Assembly: GCA_964016885.1 (NCBI GenBank)
Contig: OZ024743.1
Span: 118,606,001-118,670,000 of the forward strand
Direction: 5' to 3'
From: Eledone cirrhosa
Lineage: Eukaryota
Length of the DNA: 64,000 bases
A program made the position numbers and the translations under genes. Positions 1 to 15,909 of this stretch are shown here, in pieces (position 1 is the first letter of the stretch; the number at the start of each line of letters is the position of its first letter). A model generated the notes under the pieces. It saw only the letters and a list, made by a program, of their open reading frames with translations. It did no database searches and was not told where the DNA came from.

Positions 1-120
1 GGAGAGCAACATGTATTTGAGGAGTTTGGCCCCCCTCATCCCGACGTGCAGCAGAACCTGGGTCAGTCGCAGACTGCACCAGGTTGCGGCTGCAGAAAGT
101 GTCGGTGCAAGTGGCATCCC
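1..120 (-). mobile_element. CRE-like non-LTR retrotransposon fragment (RLE domain), cut by window edge
   Basis: Near-identical to 5854-5972 (ggagagcaac...gtggcatccc), the WDATC..TF..RNLVQSAT..KLSKY region. Confidence 0.7.
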
Positions 121-134
121 AGAAACCAAATATT

Positions 135-327
135 AATAATAATTGTTTCTACTTTTGGTACAAGGCCAGCAATTACCAAGTACATTACTGGTACTTTATT
201 TTATCGACCCCGTAAGGATGAAAGGCAAATTTAACCTCGGCGGGATTTGAATTCAGTCCGTAAAGGGACGTAACTCTATACTGGAAAGCATGCCGTCCGA
301 CTCTCTTCCGATACTGCCAACCCACCG
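135..327 (-). mobile_element. tRNA-derived SINE, main family of this window
   Basis: Reverse complement gives an A-box-like tggcagtatcgg, B-box-like ttcaaatcc, core gcctttcatccttacggggtcgataaaataaagtaccag and an (ATT)n tail. Confidence 0.85.
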
Positions 328-373
328 TTTGATAATAATATGATATGATTGTAATATTATTATTCACTCAGGA

Positions 374-423
<50 letters not shown>

Positions 424-440
424 ATATATATATATATATA

Positions 441-639
441 GGGAGTGTAACTTGGAGTTACTGCAGGTTCACCCGGGTGAGCACTCGATGTTTAGGTTCA
501 CTTCTGTGTTGAGGTGTAGAGCTATACAGTGTGTAATATATTGAAAGGATAACAAGGACGATTGGTTACTCCTTCATTACATTTATTGGTAAATGTAATG
601 AAGGAGTAACCAATTGTCCTTGTTATCCTTTCAATATAT
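441..639. mobile_element. Fold-back insert between (TA)n tracts, probable PLE derivative
   Basis: Arms 536-585 and 590-639 are reverse complements around a ttgg loop. One-sided extension 441-535 contains gagcactc. Confidence 0.6.
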
Positions 640-980
640 ATATATATATAGTTTAATAAATGAATAGAGAACAAAAAACAGAGAGGCAGTCCAAATGATA
701 TTTTTTTAGTTTCACGCTTGAGAGTGAGGGGTGGAGGACGACGTTTCTGGCATAGGCCCTTCATCAGGAGAACAGAACAGAGGGTAGGAAGAGAGTTCCG
801 AGGGTGTGTGGGGGAGTGGTGGAAAGACATTTTAAAAAAAAGGGGGGGGGGAGAAGGGATGAAAAACAATTTTTTTAGAGAGTAAAGGAAATTATTTAAA
901 AGTACAAATAAAAATAAAAATAAATATATATTCTTTGCTTAAATTTTAATCTGTTATTTCAATATATATATATATATATA

Positions 981-1034
981 TGTAAGTATGTATGTATACG
1001 TACATACATATATGTATACAGACGTACAGTAGCA

Positions 1035-1110
<76 letters not shown>

Positions 1111-1828
1111 CAGGTACACATACATATATGTACGTATCAGTTTAGCGGACGCTTATGTTAACGCTCGCTTTGTTCATTTGTAAACAAACTGAACAGCCTG
1201 AATTTATGCCGTACGGTGTTAAGGCAACCACGTCACCTTTTTGTTCAACACTGATACAGAAACGATGTACTAGTTTCAAGCTTGTTAGCTATCATCAGCA
1301 CCGTATACCCTTCTGCCAGATGGTTGAACGTTCGAAAGTATATACTTTCCTTATGAAAATTAACGGCTGAGCAGCCTAATTTGCATATCGAGTGAGTTCA
1401 GTCGGCCAGGCGTACCGAAAACGATAAGTTGTAATAAAATGAAAACGAAATTTCATTTCTCACTCTTAGTACGGCACTTACTTAAATGTAAGTATGTATG
1501 TATACGTACATACATATATGTATCAAGACGTACAGTATTGAACAAAAAGGTGACGTGGTTGCCTTAACACCGTACGGCATAAATTCAGGCTGTTCAGTTT
1601 GTTTACAAACGAACAAAGCGAGCGTTAACATAAGCGTCCGCTAAACTGATACGTACATATATGTATGTGTACCTGTATGTATATATATATAAATATATAT
1701 ATATATATGCATGCTACTGTACGTCTGTATACATATATGTATGTACGTATACATACATACTTACATTTAAGTAAGTGCCGTACTAAGAGTGAGAAATGAA
1801 ATTTCGTTTTCATTTTATTACAACTTAT
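981..1828. mobile_element. Nested inverted-repeat insert between (TA)n tracts, probable PLE derivative
   Basis: ~981-1250 is inverted at ~1538-1765, and ~1424-1537 is inverted at ~1715-1828. A hammerhead motif lies in the unique spacer. Confidence 0.7.
1262..1304 (-). ncRNA. Minimal type-I hammerhead ribozyme motif
   Basis: Minus strand: acggtg-CTGATGA-tagctaacaagctt-GAAA-ctag-TA-catcgt. Stem I 6 bp (one GU), stem II agct/agct, palindromic stem III. Confidence 0.8.
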
Positions 1829-1842
1829 ATATATATATATAT

Positions 1843-2253
1843 GTAGGAGGTGAGTTTTATTGTAGTACAATAAAGCAATGCAGATATCGGATAAGAAGCA
1901 CTCTACAGTTTGTGGGACTGGAGTATGCATAATATAAGATCAAAAGATGGTTAAAGGAGTTCCATATATTTTATTATGCGCATTTCAAAAACAAACATCA
2001 TCAAACAATAATATTTGTGTTTTCATCAGATAAAACAGAACATGATATGAAGGCTAAAAAACACTTGTTGATAGTGCAGTTTTAAATCAACATATGATGA
2101 TTTAAAACTGCACTATCAACAAGTGTTTTTTAGCCTTCATATCATGTTCTCCTGTTTTATCTGATGAAAACACAAATATTATTGTTTGATGATGTTTGTT
2201 TTTGAAATGCGCATAATAAAATATATGGAACTCCTTTAACCATCTTTTGATCT

Positions 2254-2262
<9 letters not shown>
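1843..2262. mobile_element. Fold-back insert with ~160-bp arms between (TA)n tracts
   Basis: 1929-2089 is the reverse complement of ~2098-2262 with one 3-nt indel. Extension 1843-1928 contains aagcactc. Confidence 0.75.
2155..2221 (+). ncRNA. Type-I hammerhead motif (mirror copy on minus strand at 1969-2035)
   Basis: ttttat-CTGATGA-aaacacaaatat...atgtttgttttt-GAAA-tgcgca-TA-ataaaa. Confidence 0.75.
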
Positions 2263-2348
<86 letters not shown>

Positions 2349-2989
2349 GGAAATAGATAGACAGGTAGAGATAGATATATGCGTTTACGGATTGAAGAAT
2401 TCCATTACTAGTACATTAGGTAAAGCATGAACGTAAAGCATGAAATTAATATTTTTGCTGATTTTGCCTCTATCAGTTTTTAACATGTAATCTATATGTT
2501 CTGAGAAGAGTAATGTACCTTTGTGCGAGAACATAACATGGTATTATACTCCCTATGTTTTAAATGTTTGTTGCAATGTTGCCCTGATTGAACTAAATAT
2601 TTTAAATAAGTTCTCCGTAGACCATAGATATAATAAGATATCTAATTAAAACAGTAAGGTAGTTTACAATTGCACGGAAAACCTCGATGCTTCTGTACGC
2701 ATTAAAAAACGGACGAAACGTATACAAATAAGTAAATCTCTATTCGGTTGCGTGTCTGCAGCATCCCAAATACTGAAAATGTAATCCCTGTCTCTCTCAG
2801 AAATATCACATTTTTTTTTATTAAACTTTCACATATTTGAAGATATTTGAAGACATTTTACACATTGGTGAGTTATTGCAGAAACTTTTATCTGGATTTA
2901 TAAGAGGGAGAGGAAGAGAGAGAAAAAGAGAGAGGGGTGGGAGAGAAAGAGAGAAAGAGAGAAAGAGAGAGAGAGAGAAAGAAAGAGAA

Positions 2990-3038
<49 letters not shown>

Positions 3039-4117
3039 CAGAGAGATTCAATCTAACTGTCTCTTAACCGAGCTATTTGGGCTGGCGTGTGTGTGTATAC
3101 ATGCGTGCGTAATATATATATATGCCTATGTGTGTGTGTGTATGTGTGTGGGTGGGGTATGTGTGTGTATGTGTCTGCGTGCGTGTATATGTGTGTGTGT
3201 GTGGGTGTGTCTGTTTCTATAAACTTGTATGTGTGTATATGAATATATACATATTTCAGATGATCCTCATATTTCACTGTCGAAACCCAAGCGATTTCAC
3301 AACGGTTATATTCTCACAGCGAGACTACATATACGTATATGAATTAGACATATTGTATATGAGTTTCCGTAAACAACACTATTTATAAACATAGAAACAC
3401 ACTTGCGCGTACACAGAAAAAAACTCACAGATAGATATATGCATACATGCATAAGTAACTTAATATAGGTGTAATTTTGTGTGTATGAATGAATAGATGC
3501 ACCCATGCATATATGTATTTGTATATTTATATACAAATATATATATATATATGTATATGTGTGCGTCTGTATATATATACAAATATATATATATATATAT
3601 ATATTAGAAAGATCGAGTATCGAAAAATCGGCGCACGAGTTCACGATAAACAAAATTCGAAATGAGCGGCAGAGGGCTCAATAATTCCGATGAATCAGAG
3701 CTATAACTATCGTTAAAATACCGTCACATATAGAACAAGTCTACAATCAACCATACGATAAAAAATCGATAATAGAAGATTCGGGACAAACAGATAAAAA
3801 ATATCAATAAAACAATACATCAATAATTTAAATGAATGTAAAATCATACCCGGACCCACTAGAAAGGTGTTAAATCTAGCTTCATGTGTTTCTGTAAATC
3901 CTTAGACTGTACTCTATCAGCTCACATATAAATATAAAAGCCTACTAGAGTAAGCGGAACGGAGTTTACTTTCTCAACGAGCTTTTTTCCTAGCGGAAAA
4001 GGGGCTAACTACCAGTGAAAAACGCACATGGCATTAGACAAGGGAGATAACCTCTATATCCGCGAAAACAATTCGAGGGAATGTGGAAATACACATATCG
4101 AATAAGAGTGCTCAATA

Positions 4118-4186
<69 letters not shown>

Positions 4187-4228
4187 GCATATATATATAT
4201 ATATATATGCATATATATATATATATAT

Positions 4229-4593
4229 GATGGCTGCCCCCTCGTTATCGAGTATGACAATTGCACGATATACCATTATTAATAATTATTAATTAATTCT
4301 ATCGTGCAATGCCTGTGCATGAAGATATTATTTAAAGTGAGGAAAGACTGTGCACTGAGGCAATCCCATTCTGTGAGCGACAGAAGCTATAACCCGAAAA
4401 GAAGAAAAGATCAACATCATCGAGGGTTTTATATCGGAGTTATCCCAGTTTCCTGAGTAGGCTTCTTCTAGAAGAATGCTTTGACAATGTCTAGGGATCC
4501 TCCACTCCCAGTGGTTTAACCGCGTGGTACATGTGTATATACATATTTACACACTTTTGGATAGCCGTTGACTCTTTAGTTCTTCCGCCCTTT
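4229..4593 (-). mobile_element. Non-autonomous RTE-related repeat
   Basis: Homologous to 30646-31055 (gatggctgccc..tcgttatcgagtatg...ggtttaaccgcgtg). Its terminus resembles the RTE-type fragment at 30131. Confidence 0.55.
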
Positions 4594-5654
4594 GTATATA
4601 TATAAACATATATATTGTGGATGTGTGTGAGTTTGTGTGCGTGTATATATCAGTATGTCTAAATTGATGGTATAGAAAAAAGTAATAAACCTTTTATAAA
4701 CTCTAATAACTCTTGGATGCAAGTTCGAAGAACTTTCTTTCATTATTGGAACGTAGAAAAATACATATGCTGGGGCTTATAAAACTGTAATATTCTAGCG
4801 AGTAATGTAACACAACCAGCACCCTGGAATTGTTTGTTTGAAAGAAATAACAGGAACAAAGCATTGCAGAGATAACATAAGTTAGTACTTAGGTGTTATT
4901 GCAGCTTTTAGGTGAACATCCTTTTTTTATGATGTCATGAGATAAGAAAATAGGAAGATAAATATAATAGAATATTACAAGAAAACATTATTAGAAAGCA
5001 TAGATAACATTGGGTAAAAGACCGACAGACATTCTTCGTAGACTGACATAAATAATAATGAGTTTTGTGAGAAAGATATTAACAGCAAAAGCACACGTGA
5101 AAAGCTAAATTTCATCCGTCAGTTGCTTATTATTACGATACCAAACGATGATAAATCTAAATGATATAACACTAAAAATGGACATGTAATTAATGATAAT
5201 GTGGCAGGTGCTTTTACAATGTCAATTCATGTAGAGTCAAACATATTATGCAATACAATAATAAAGTGTCTTCCTTATGCATCGGGAAGCAGAGTTTCGA
5301 GAACTAGGAAGAGTGAATCAGTTCTCTGCCGGTTTAACAGCACCATCTAGCTCGTTTCTCGACTTACTTTAATCGGTCGGGCCTAGCTTCCGTTTTCAGG
5401 ATACATAACTTATAATACCGATGTACTGATTTCCTCTACAGTAATTCCAATATATCTTCAAGAAGCGTGGTAATTTCTACGAGGTCACATGTAGCAACAA
5501 GATCTTTTAAACCTATACTGTCCTCTCATAAAACAAGAACTCCCTCAACATTATGGTCACATATGTAGAAAAATAGGGATAATGAAGAGCAGATATAGAT
5601 ATATAAAAAGTACATGATAAAATGACAAGTCAGTCAATCATATTGATGGAATCC

Positions 5655-6198
5655 CCACATCCGCGGCAGACAGAACGGAGAAAGCGTTTCCCCGGAGTAC
5701 GGCAAGGGAGACGCGCTGGAAGAGCTATTCCAACTCGCGAGGCTCACAACTGCGGCTGGCCAGCACAGCGTCTATGGTGGTGAGTAGGGAGGTAGCCCTA
5801 GGGCCGAGGACAACAGAAATCTCTACTGCCAAGGGTACGACCGCAAAGCTATCGGAGAGCAACCGGTATTTGGAGAGTTTGGCCTCCTCATCCCGACATG
5901 CTGCAGAACCTGGGTTAGTCGCAGACTGCACCAGGTTGCGGGTGGAGAAAGTGTAGGTGCAAGTGGCATCCCAGACGAGTGGTTTGCCACCGCGGAATGG
6001 AAGGATGGTCATACCATCTGGTCTTTTGCCGTCCCCTCGGTCCAGCCCCACTGGCTGGAGCTGGGAAGAGAAGCCTGCAGCGTCCAAGCCATGCTTCCTT
6101 ACCGCGTTGAGGGCAGCATGGCATGGAAGGCGGCCAGCACTGTGGCGACAGGAAAGCGGGTGGAGGCCGAAAGAGTTCACGGTTGGATAATCCAGCAC
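5655..6198 (-). mobile_element. CRE-like LINE 3' fragment with restriction-like endonuclease, decayed
   Basis: ORF 5725-6198: RGDGKRPDGMTILPF..GKPLVWDATC..KLSKY..VPLAVE. Reads on past a stop as LFQRVSLAVLRGNA. Confidence 0.8.
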
Positions 6199-6358
6199 TG
6201 AATAAGTCCTATGACGTCCGTAATTTGTGTGATAACAGCGGGGAAGTTATCCTTAGTACAGATTAGAGATGCGAATAATTGTAACGGGTTGCACTTGGCA
6301 AACGTCACCCAAGGACAAGGTGTAAGTGTTAAGCCATCACAACAGAAGAAAAGACTTC

Positions 6359-6472
<114 letters not shown>

Positions 6473-6882
6473 CATTTCTCTGTGCGTGGATGTGCGCTTC
6501 CGTATGTGTCTATATCCATTTCATTGACTTTAACTATGGAGATCCAGATTATAAAGAACTAAAATTTTAAAACCGCTTGACCAACATGGCTGAAAGTCAT
6601 GAGTGAAAGCAATATTCGCATAAAAAGAACAGTTATCACAAGAGACATATTTAATTGTATTATACATAAACATATTCCTTACGCTTCTATTCTGATTTGG
6701 AAGAGGGTGAAGTTTCTGAAGTTTCTGAATTTAGTATTTGGCGTTCTCAAACGAGTACTGTGACATGATCATATCTGAACATACTCACAGTTAGACTTGT
6801 TTATTGAAAATAAAAATCTCGTATATGCTCCCATATACGCCTCTATGCTGAATCACATAGCGTTGGTGCTACTACTAATAGA

Positions 6883-7140
6883 AATAATAATTGTTTCTAC
6901 TTTTTGGCACAAGGCCAGCAATTACCCAGTGTATTACTTTAGAAATAATAATTGGTTTCTGTTAAGGCACAAGGCCACCAATTATACCAGTGCATTACTG
7001 GTACTTTATTTTATCGACCCCGTAAGGACGAAAGGCAAAGTTAACCTCGGCCGGATTTGAACTCAGAATGGCAAGGGCCGTAACTCTATGCGTCAAAGCA
7101 TGGCGTCCGACCCTCTACCGATACTGCCAATCCACCGCCC
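6883..7140 (-). mobile_element. tRNA-derived SINE plus an extra truncated 3' end
   Basis: Full copy ~6944-7140 and 3' stub 6883-6932. The flank tagaaataataat occurs three times. Confidence 0.85.
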
Positions 7141-8114
7141 CTAATAGAAATAATAATATTTGTCTGATTAGTTTCATGAATTAAACAAACGAAGTAGAAT
7201 TAGACGCGCTCTAGGAGATGAGTACATATATACATGATACTTCTTATTTTCTCTTTCTTCCCTCCCTTGCTTCGTTTCTTCCTTCCTTCTTTTTTTCATG
7301 GCCGTTTTTTTCGCCATTGCCATTTTCTCTATGCTAAACACTTGAGAGCACTGTTCAAAAGTAGAATATTTATTGCCTGTGATGTTTTGATATACTAAAC
7401 TGCTGCCCGATCGTATCAATTGTGTGGCCACTTATTATTCTTGAATATTTGCCAGCAACTGGAAACTTTAATGCACTAAAGGAACTTGAAAAGCCTTTAA
7501 AACGAACAAAAATATAAAACAAAAATGATTTTAGAGACGGGGTCCAAATCCTGTCAAATCCATTTAGTTGGTCTTTATTTTGTTACTATTTGAGTGAAAA
7601 CAAGGAGAGGCAGACAGAGGGGTTAGGTTAAAAGATAAAACATAAAGAGAAATAAAAAGGCAAGAAACATTTTAAAACACAGCAGGATTCTTCCACCTTA
7701 CATCCGCTTAAACAGTATAATGGAGAGTGATCTTCGCTTAATTACTTCTTCAACTAAACGAATGATTGAAAGAATGAAAGAAAGTAGGTATAAAAGTAAG
7801 TTAGACAAAAAAGAAAATCATATAAAAAAAGGTTGTGTGAAACGCATTGGGTTAATGATAGCAATAAAGGAATTATTAGCGAGACAACAATAAAAATACA
7901 TGATTTCAAATAAATAAAGAAAGAAACTGAAGTCACTCCAAATATGATATGTAGAATTTAATTGGAAGTGGTTTTGAGGAAGTTGAGGATGTATATTTTT
8001 TATTCTCTTCTACTTGGCATGTGTCGTGTCATGCGAATTGTCTTCCGAGGAAGAATCGAGAAATAACTCCCACACTCCCTCTTATTTCATTTCCGTATTT
8101 TTACAGCCGTGTTG

Positions 8115-8297
8115 TCGTCGTCGTCGTCGTCGTCGTCGTCGTTCTTCTTCTTCTTCTTCTTCTTCTTCTTCTTCTTCTTCTTCTTCTTCTTCTTCTTCTT
8201 CTTCTTCTTCTTCTTCTTCTTCTTCTTCTTCTTCTTCTTCTTCTTCTTCTTCTTCTTCTTCTTCTTCTTCTTCTTCTTCTTCTTCTTCTTCTTCTTC
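8115..8297. repeat. (GTC)n(TTC)n microsatellite
   Basis: Read directly; explains the poly-S/L/F/E/K ORFs. Confidence 0.95.
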
Positions 8298-8604
8298 TCT
8301 CTCACTGCGATCATCTTCATTTCTTTTCCGCATTGATTGCATTATACAGTTGGCAGACATTCTTTATAGTTTTGTAATATGATAATGATGCGCTGTTGAT
8401 TATTATTGTTGTTATTTTTATCATTATTTATTATTAGAATTATATGCGTGTTTGTGCTTATGTATGTGTGCTTGCCCGATAGTTTACGTATATATATATA
8501 ATATGTACATACATACATACTCCTGCACACACACACTCACACATACAAATACATATACACACAAACACACACACATACACACACACACACACACATACAC
8601 ACAG

Positions 8605-8637
<33 letters not shown>

Positions 8638-9195
8638 TACACACGTACACATGAACACATAGATATAAAGTCAAACTGACTACTACGTTATCAAGCCCGA
8701 TTCTTATTTACACACCACCGATTGACTTGATAAACACTGTAATATATATCTTAATGAAATTCCTTTGAATCCAAGGATACTATTTTACAAACATGTCCGT
8801 ACGAATGAATGAATGTGTGTGTGCGCGTGCGTGTGTGCATGCATATATGTATGTATATATATATATATATATATATGCCTAATGATATTGTAAATGATAT
8901 ATTGAACTACTCATGCATATACTTTGTTCAAATTTACTCCAGGCGTTTTAGCATTTTTTGAAAGATTCTCAAATTCTTGCACTTCAGTTCATTTCTTTAG
9001 AGGTAAAGTGATTCATGCCGTTCTGACAATGGTACATCCGCTAGAATTGTGTCCCAGTCAGAAAGGTCCCTCATATCTTAAGTAAATTGGATCTTAAAGG
9101 AACACACTCCAGTGAAAACGCAGTTACAAATACACATAATCTCATAGACATATAAAAACGAGTGCGCATACAATTTAGGTAGCAGGCTCTGGAAT

Positions 9196-10540
<1,345 letters not shown>

Positions 10541-10568
10541 CATATATATAGATATATAGATATACATA

Positions 10569-10600
<32 letters not shown>

Positions 10601-10601
10601 C

Positions 10602-10666
<65 letters not shown>

Positions 10667-11250
10667 TATATACAAAAAAATGGAGGACCTTTATCTATTG
10701 ACCGTTCTAGAAAATAAAGGTTCACATCTATGTGTTTGGTTTTGAGACAATAATCTGTAGTAGGTATTTTTAAAAATGTATAAATATAAGAAAATTATGG
10801 TACTGAAAAAACTTATAAAGAGAAATATCTTTAGATATACATTTATGGTGTAAAAGTTTTGTCGGGATAGGCCAAGAAATAAAAATATAAAATGTTATAA
10901 TGATTCACAATTAAACGGCTTACTCTGTAAATATATACATATACAGACATACGCACACACACATACACACACACATATATATATATCTGTGTGTGTGTCT
11001 CTGTGTGTGTGTGTATATGTATGTGTGTGTGTGTGTATGTGTGCGTGCGTGCGTGCATGTGTGTGTGTTTGTGTGTGTATGTTCGTGCGCGCTTGTGTTC
11101 ACATATTCGCTGCTACATTTGTATGATCATATAGAGCATATCTGCAACAAACCTAAATTTGAATAATCAAATATGAATTTATGTATGGAGGTATCTATTT
11201 GCCTCTTTATTTCTCTTACTCTCTCTCTCCCTCCGTCTCTCATTATATTT

Positions 11251-11312
<62 letters not shown>

Positions 11313-12285
11313 GTGTGTGTAGGTATAGGTATATGTACATGGATATGAATGCTTCTTTAGACAAAGACACATGATTGGCTGTGATTGTTTGCATGTAAGT
11401 GAATGTTTGTGTATGTAATGGTTGTGTTCTTCTGAGTGCTATAACAAAGAATGTGAAATACGTTCGTTTTGGCTTTGTTAACGGTGTTCGTTGTAAGATT
11501 TCATAAACAACCGGCGTTGATTTAATCAGAACAACATAACATATATCCCCAAGTGAAATGACCGTCAATGAAAAATATCTCTGTATCTTTACTCTACAAT
11601 ACTTCCCTTACACACACAAGCACTCTATCTATCTCTCCTCTCCCTCCAATCTCTCATCTTCTCTTCTTTCCCTTCTTCTGTCTCGCTTACTCTTGCACGA
11701 CCTCTGCACACTATCGCAAAAGAAAGACAAGAAAAAAATTCACTTAAGCATGCCGCCATTAACTGTTTTAACTCTCTCTGTTTATCTTCAGTGAACAATA
11801 TCTAGATGTAAATTCATTAATGTCTCCCGGGTATTATTTTGCTTATACTGATATGATTTGGTAACTATCGTAGTTTGTTTTAATAACGCCTTCCATTTCA
11901 CTTGTACCATTTGATTCGTGGATAGTTGTATTTCTTGTCGGACGGTATGAACATTGCGTTAAATCCTCCCTGAAAATGTAAAGTTGTATTTCTCTGTGGG
12001 TATAAATCTTTCTCTATTTGTAATATTACTCGACCCTTGCTTTAATGCAATAGCTATACAAAGTTAGAAACGCTTCGACAATTTTACAGATATGGTTGTA
12101 CAATATAATTTCTATTTATATCACTCCTGTTTTCGTTTTAGCTTTATCTTGATTGTTTGTTTTCTGGTTTTCATTTCTGCGTTCTAACATTCCTAAGATA
12201 TACACATTTCTCTCATGGAATAAATGCTGAATATAGTAGAGAATTCAAAACTTTTTGCAGCTTAAACAACTCAATTCACACACAC

Positions 12286-12369
<84 letters not shown>

Positions 12370-12386
12370 ACACACACACACACACT

Positions 12387-12457
<71 letters not shown>

Positions 12458-12476
12458 TATATATATATATATGCAT

Positions 12477-12518
<42 letters not shown>

Positions 12519-12675
12519 TGGAAGCTTAGTAAAATCGAAGCTTTGGCTGTGGGCAAGCAAAGTCGACCTACAATATGAATGAGTTAGCAAAGCATTCAAT
12601 AAGCTAACAAAGGAAATATTATAATTTCCGCTAACATTCAGAATAAAAGCTCTCAACCAGATGTTATTATATACT

Positions 12676-13265
12676 GATGAGGGACTAATTTTATAATATG
12701 TAACCCATGTGCAACCACGCAGTTTCCCTCTTTCTTCCCATGTTTTTTATACATATTTACCTCGACTGCGATTGTCTGTTTCTCTCTTGCTGCTCCCTCG
12801 TTCTCTCTGTTTATCTCACCTTCTTTCGCCCCCTCTGTCAGTTACACTTTCTCTCCACTGACCTCTTCCTCGCACTTCCACTCACTCACTCTCTGTTTCT
12901 CCCCTTCTCACTTCCTCCCGTTCGTTAGTAGTGGGATTCTTTCTTTCTCACATCTCATTCACGTCGGACGGTCTGTTTACTGACCGCTCATGAAATTCAC
13001 CCAGCTTATGCTGATCGGATAACCATCATGCTGCTTGCTTTTTTCCTACCTTCGGTTTGCTTTTCCTTCTATGTTGTTTACTTGTCTCACTCGCTTTACG
13101 CGACTCACTTGTCCCAATAGCATATTTTAGTTATTGCTCGCACCAACCTGAGGTATATGATTTTAATGCGATGAAATACCAATGCTGGTTGGCAAATCAC
13201 TGATGAGGGACTAATTTTATAATATGTAACCCATGTGCAACCACGCAGTTTCCCTCTTTCTTCCC

Positions 13266-13272
<7 letters not shown>
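12676..13272 (+). mobile_element. Short element with ~73-bp identical direct repeats (pseudo-LTR-like), ending in (TA)n
   Basis: ctgatgagggactaatt...cttcccatgtttt at 12676-12748 and 13200-13272. Confidence 0.65.
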
Positions 13273-13319
<47 letters not shown>

Positions 13320-13343
13320 TTTTATGAAGGCTGAATAGTGAGT

Positions 13344-13389
13344 TTGTTACTCTGGAGATTCGCTTGCTTCTTGCACGGTCATCAGACAA
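13344..13389 (-). ncRNA. Degenerate hammerhead motif in a diverged hairpin insert (13320-13465)
   Basis: ttgt-CTGATGA-ccgtgcaagaagcaagc-GAAT-ctccagag-TA-acaa, with GAAA mutated. Related copy at ~50890-51015. Confidence 0.45.
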
Positions 13390-13583
13390 GCCTAGTGTAG
13401 GCGAAACTTCACAGTATCAAGACTCACTATTTAAATTCTACTTCAGTATTGAATATACATTTTTCTTGGACTTCAACTACATGGGGATATATACATGTGT
13501 GCGTGTATGTATTTGTATGTATATATATATATGTATATATATATGTGTATGTATATATATATATGTATATATATATGTGTATG

Positions 13584-13617
<34 letters not shown>

Positions 13618-13652
13618 AGATTGTGTGTTTGTGCGTGCATCTTTGTGTATGA

Positions 13653-13743
<91 letters not shown>

Positions 13744-15909
13744 AGCTTTATTTCAAACGTACACACACACACACTCACATATATATATATATATATATAA
13801 AATAAACCAATATAAAACACATAACTTACATCCAATACTATTTTATCTTATTCAGGATTTATCAGATTACCTAATCAGTTCTTTGTTTGATTTTGAAAAA
13901 TAACTTTATTAATATTTCGAGACTTTATCAGCTCCATCTTCAGAATTACTATAGTAGGCTACGTTGTTTGCTTGAGTTGATGTGATCGCAAAATATCACG
14001 AGAATAACAGTAAAATCTTCAATGCCGGATATAAAAAATGAATTCAACGGTCACGTTGATGAATAAAAGTTCCCACAATCTTCAAAACATCCCTACAACA
14101 ATCCACAATTATTTCTATTTAATTATGTATTGAGCAATTAACAGAAAGCATTCTTATTTGCTATATCCTTATCCTAGATATTCATTTCAGTCACAAATAA
14201 CAAATATGAAAACAAATGGTATGGAAATTGTGTTGTCAAATTTAGTATGCCTTCAATCATCAACCAAATCATTGTGCATTCGCATGCTTGCTAACATATT
14301 TCTGTATCTACATCCCTATTAAGCACATACACACAAACACACACGCGCGTGCACACACTCATCCACCCAAACAACCAGATATGTCGAATAAAGCTGAAAT
14401 GTTTAGCTTTATTTGCAGGATATGATTGCGTTTGGCAATGTAATTAATTAAATAGAATATATTTACGCTAGACCACAACGTATATTGAAAAATTTAAGAT
14501 AAATCTAATGTTGGTATAAAATCAGTTTCAAGATTAGAACCCTAGTTGTTAAAACAATGACGTAGAAAAACTTTCCCAAATAATCTTGCAGATGCACAAA
14601 AGTAATCCCTTATGTTTTTTATTTGTTCATAGGCAGTGTCAAAATTGTTTGCACATCATAATTTTCAAAGTGAATTTTCTGTTTCTGAAACTGTTGCTAT
14701 ATCAACGTGAAATTGGCTCTAGTTGTGACGAAGTATAGATGGCATGAGATTTACAAGCTTCTAGGAGCAGAAGCTACTGTAGTAACATTAAAATAGACAA
14801 GAGTAGAAGACACGTCTGTGTGGTAATGTCTGTAGTGTATCAGAGGGAGATTGTAAGCTGTATAAACAAATGGTGATCTAAGGTGCATGTGTGAGCCGCC
14901 ATCAGCTCCAGGACCGTCCTAGATGTGGGAACAGTATTCTACTGTGTGTCTCACGTAATAGTGAAATGCAACCATAAGACACCCCAAAACTGTCGGTTGA
15001 TGTAATATCACGAAGTTGTTTTATCACCATCTTCATAAGCTTAGGTATGATTGTATAGTTAAGAAGTTCATTTTCCTATCTTGGTTCCCAGTTTAAACCT
15101 ACTGTGCAGAATCCTGGGTAGTTTTTATTTCATACTTTTGGTTATATGTATTTTTAACCCTCGATGCCTTCAATGGAATTGCTTCTGTTGGAAGCATTAC
15201 GGTCAGATCTCTTTCGTAAGTGTAACTTCCTACTTTCTTCAATCTCTGGGGTTCTGAATCAGGTGACGGATATTTTCCTTCCGCTTCTCATAAAGTCTTT
15301 AAAATACATAAAAGAATTGTCAGTGAAATCATGAAAATGAAAACTATGTGGCTAATTGTCTGCGTGTCCGGGTGATTTTAGCATTGTCTAATCTGCTGGA
15401 AGCAATCGGACTAGATCCGGGGTCCGGGTATAAGGTCGTATCTTGATGCACTGCTTCCTACTGCTACAACATATGAGTGGGAGTTTCTTCCCTCACTTCT
15501 CCAGCAGCATATTAAAAGAGAATGAAATTCTCATGTATGAGATATTTCTTTCTCAAAGTAACAAAAGGAGACGTGACTAGTTGGGGTCCACGTTCTTAAA
15601 ACCTTTTCTTAAAACAACACCGTAACAATACCCTATAACAATAATGACAACAACAAAACAAGGATCCTAAATATTTTGATTCTTATCTCCGAAGAAAATA
15701 TTCTTTTGTATATAAACGGAAATATATGTTTCCTCATAGCATAGAAACTTATTGATTAAAAGAAAATACTGATAATCAATCTAGTTTGATACTTATAATA
15801 GTGATGATGACGAGAAGGATGGGATATGGGAGAAAAAAGAGGATTATTGTGATTATGATGAGGGCGTTGTTGTTGATGTTGGAGTTGGAAAGAATGTTGG
15901 TAATATTAG

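Noticed and set aside
737-770. Minus-strand CTGATGA-agggcctatgcca-GAAA-cg-TC
   Set aside because: Core present but stem I does not pair; at best a decayed hammerhead.
1929-2262. Calling the hairpins DNA-transposon MITEs or miRNA precursors
   Set aside because: Asymmetric extensions, variable turn points, hammerheads and PLE homology (family F) fit a retroelement origin better.
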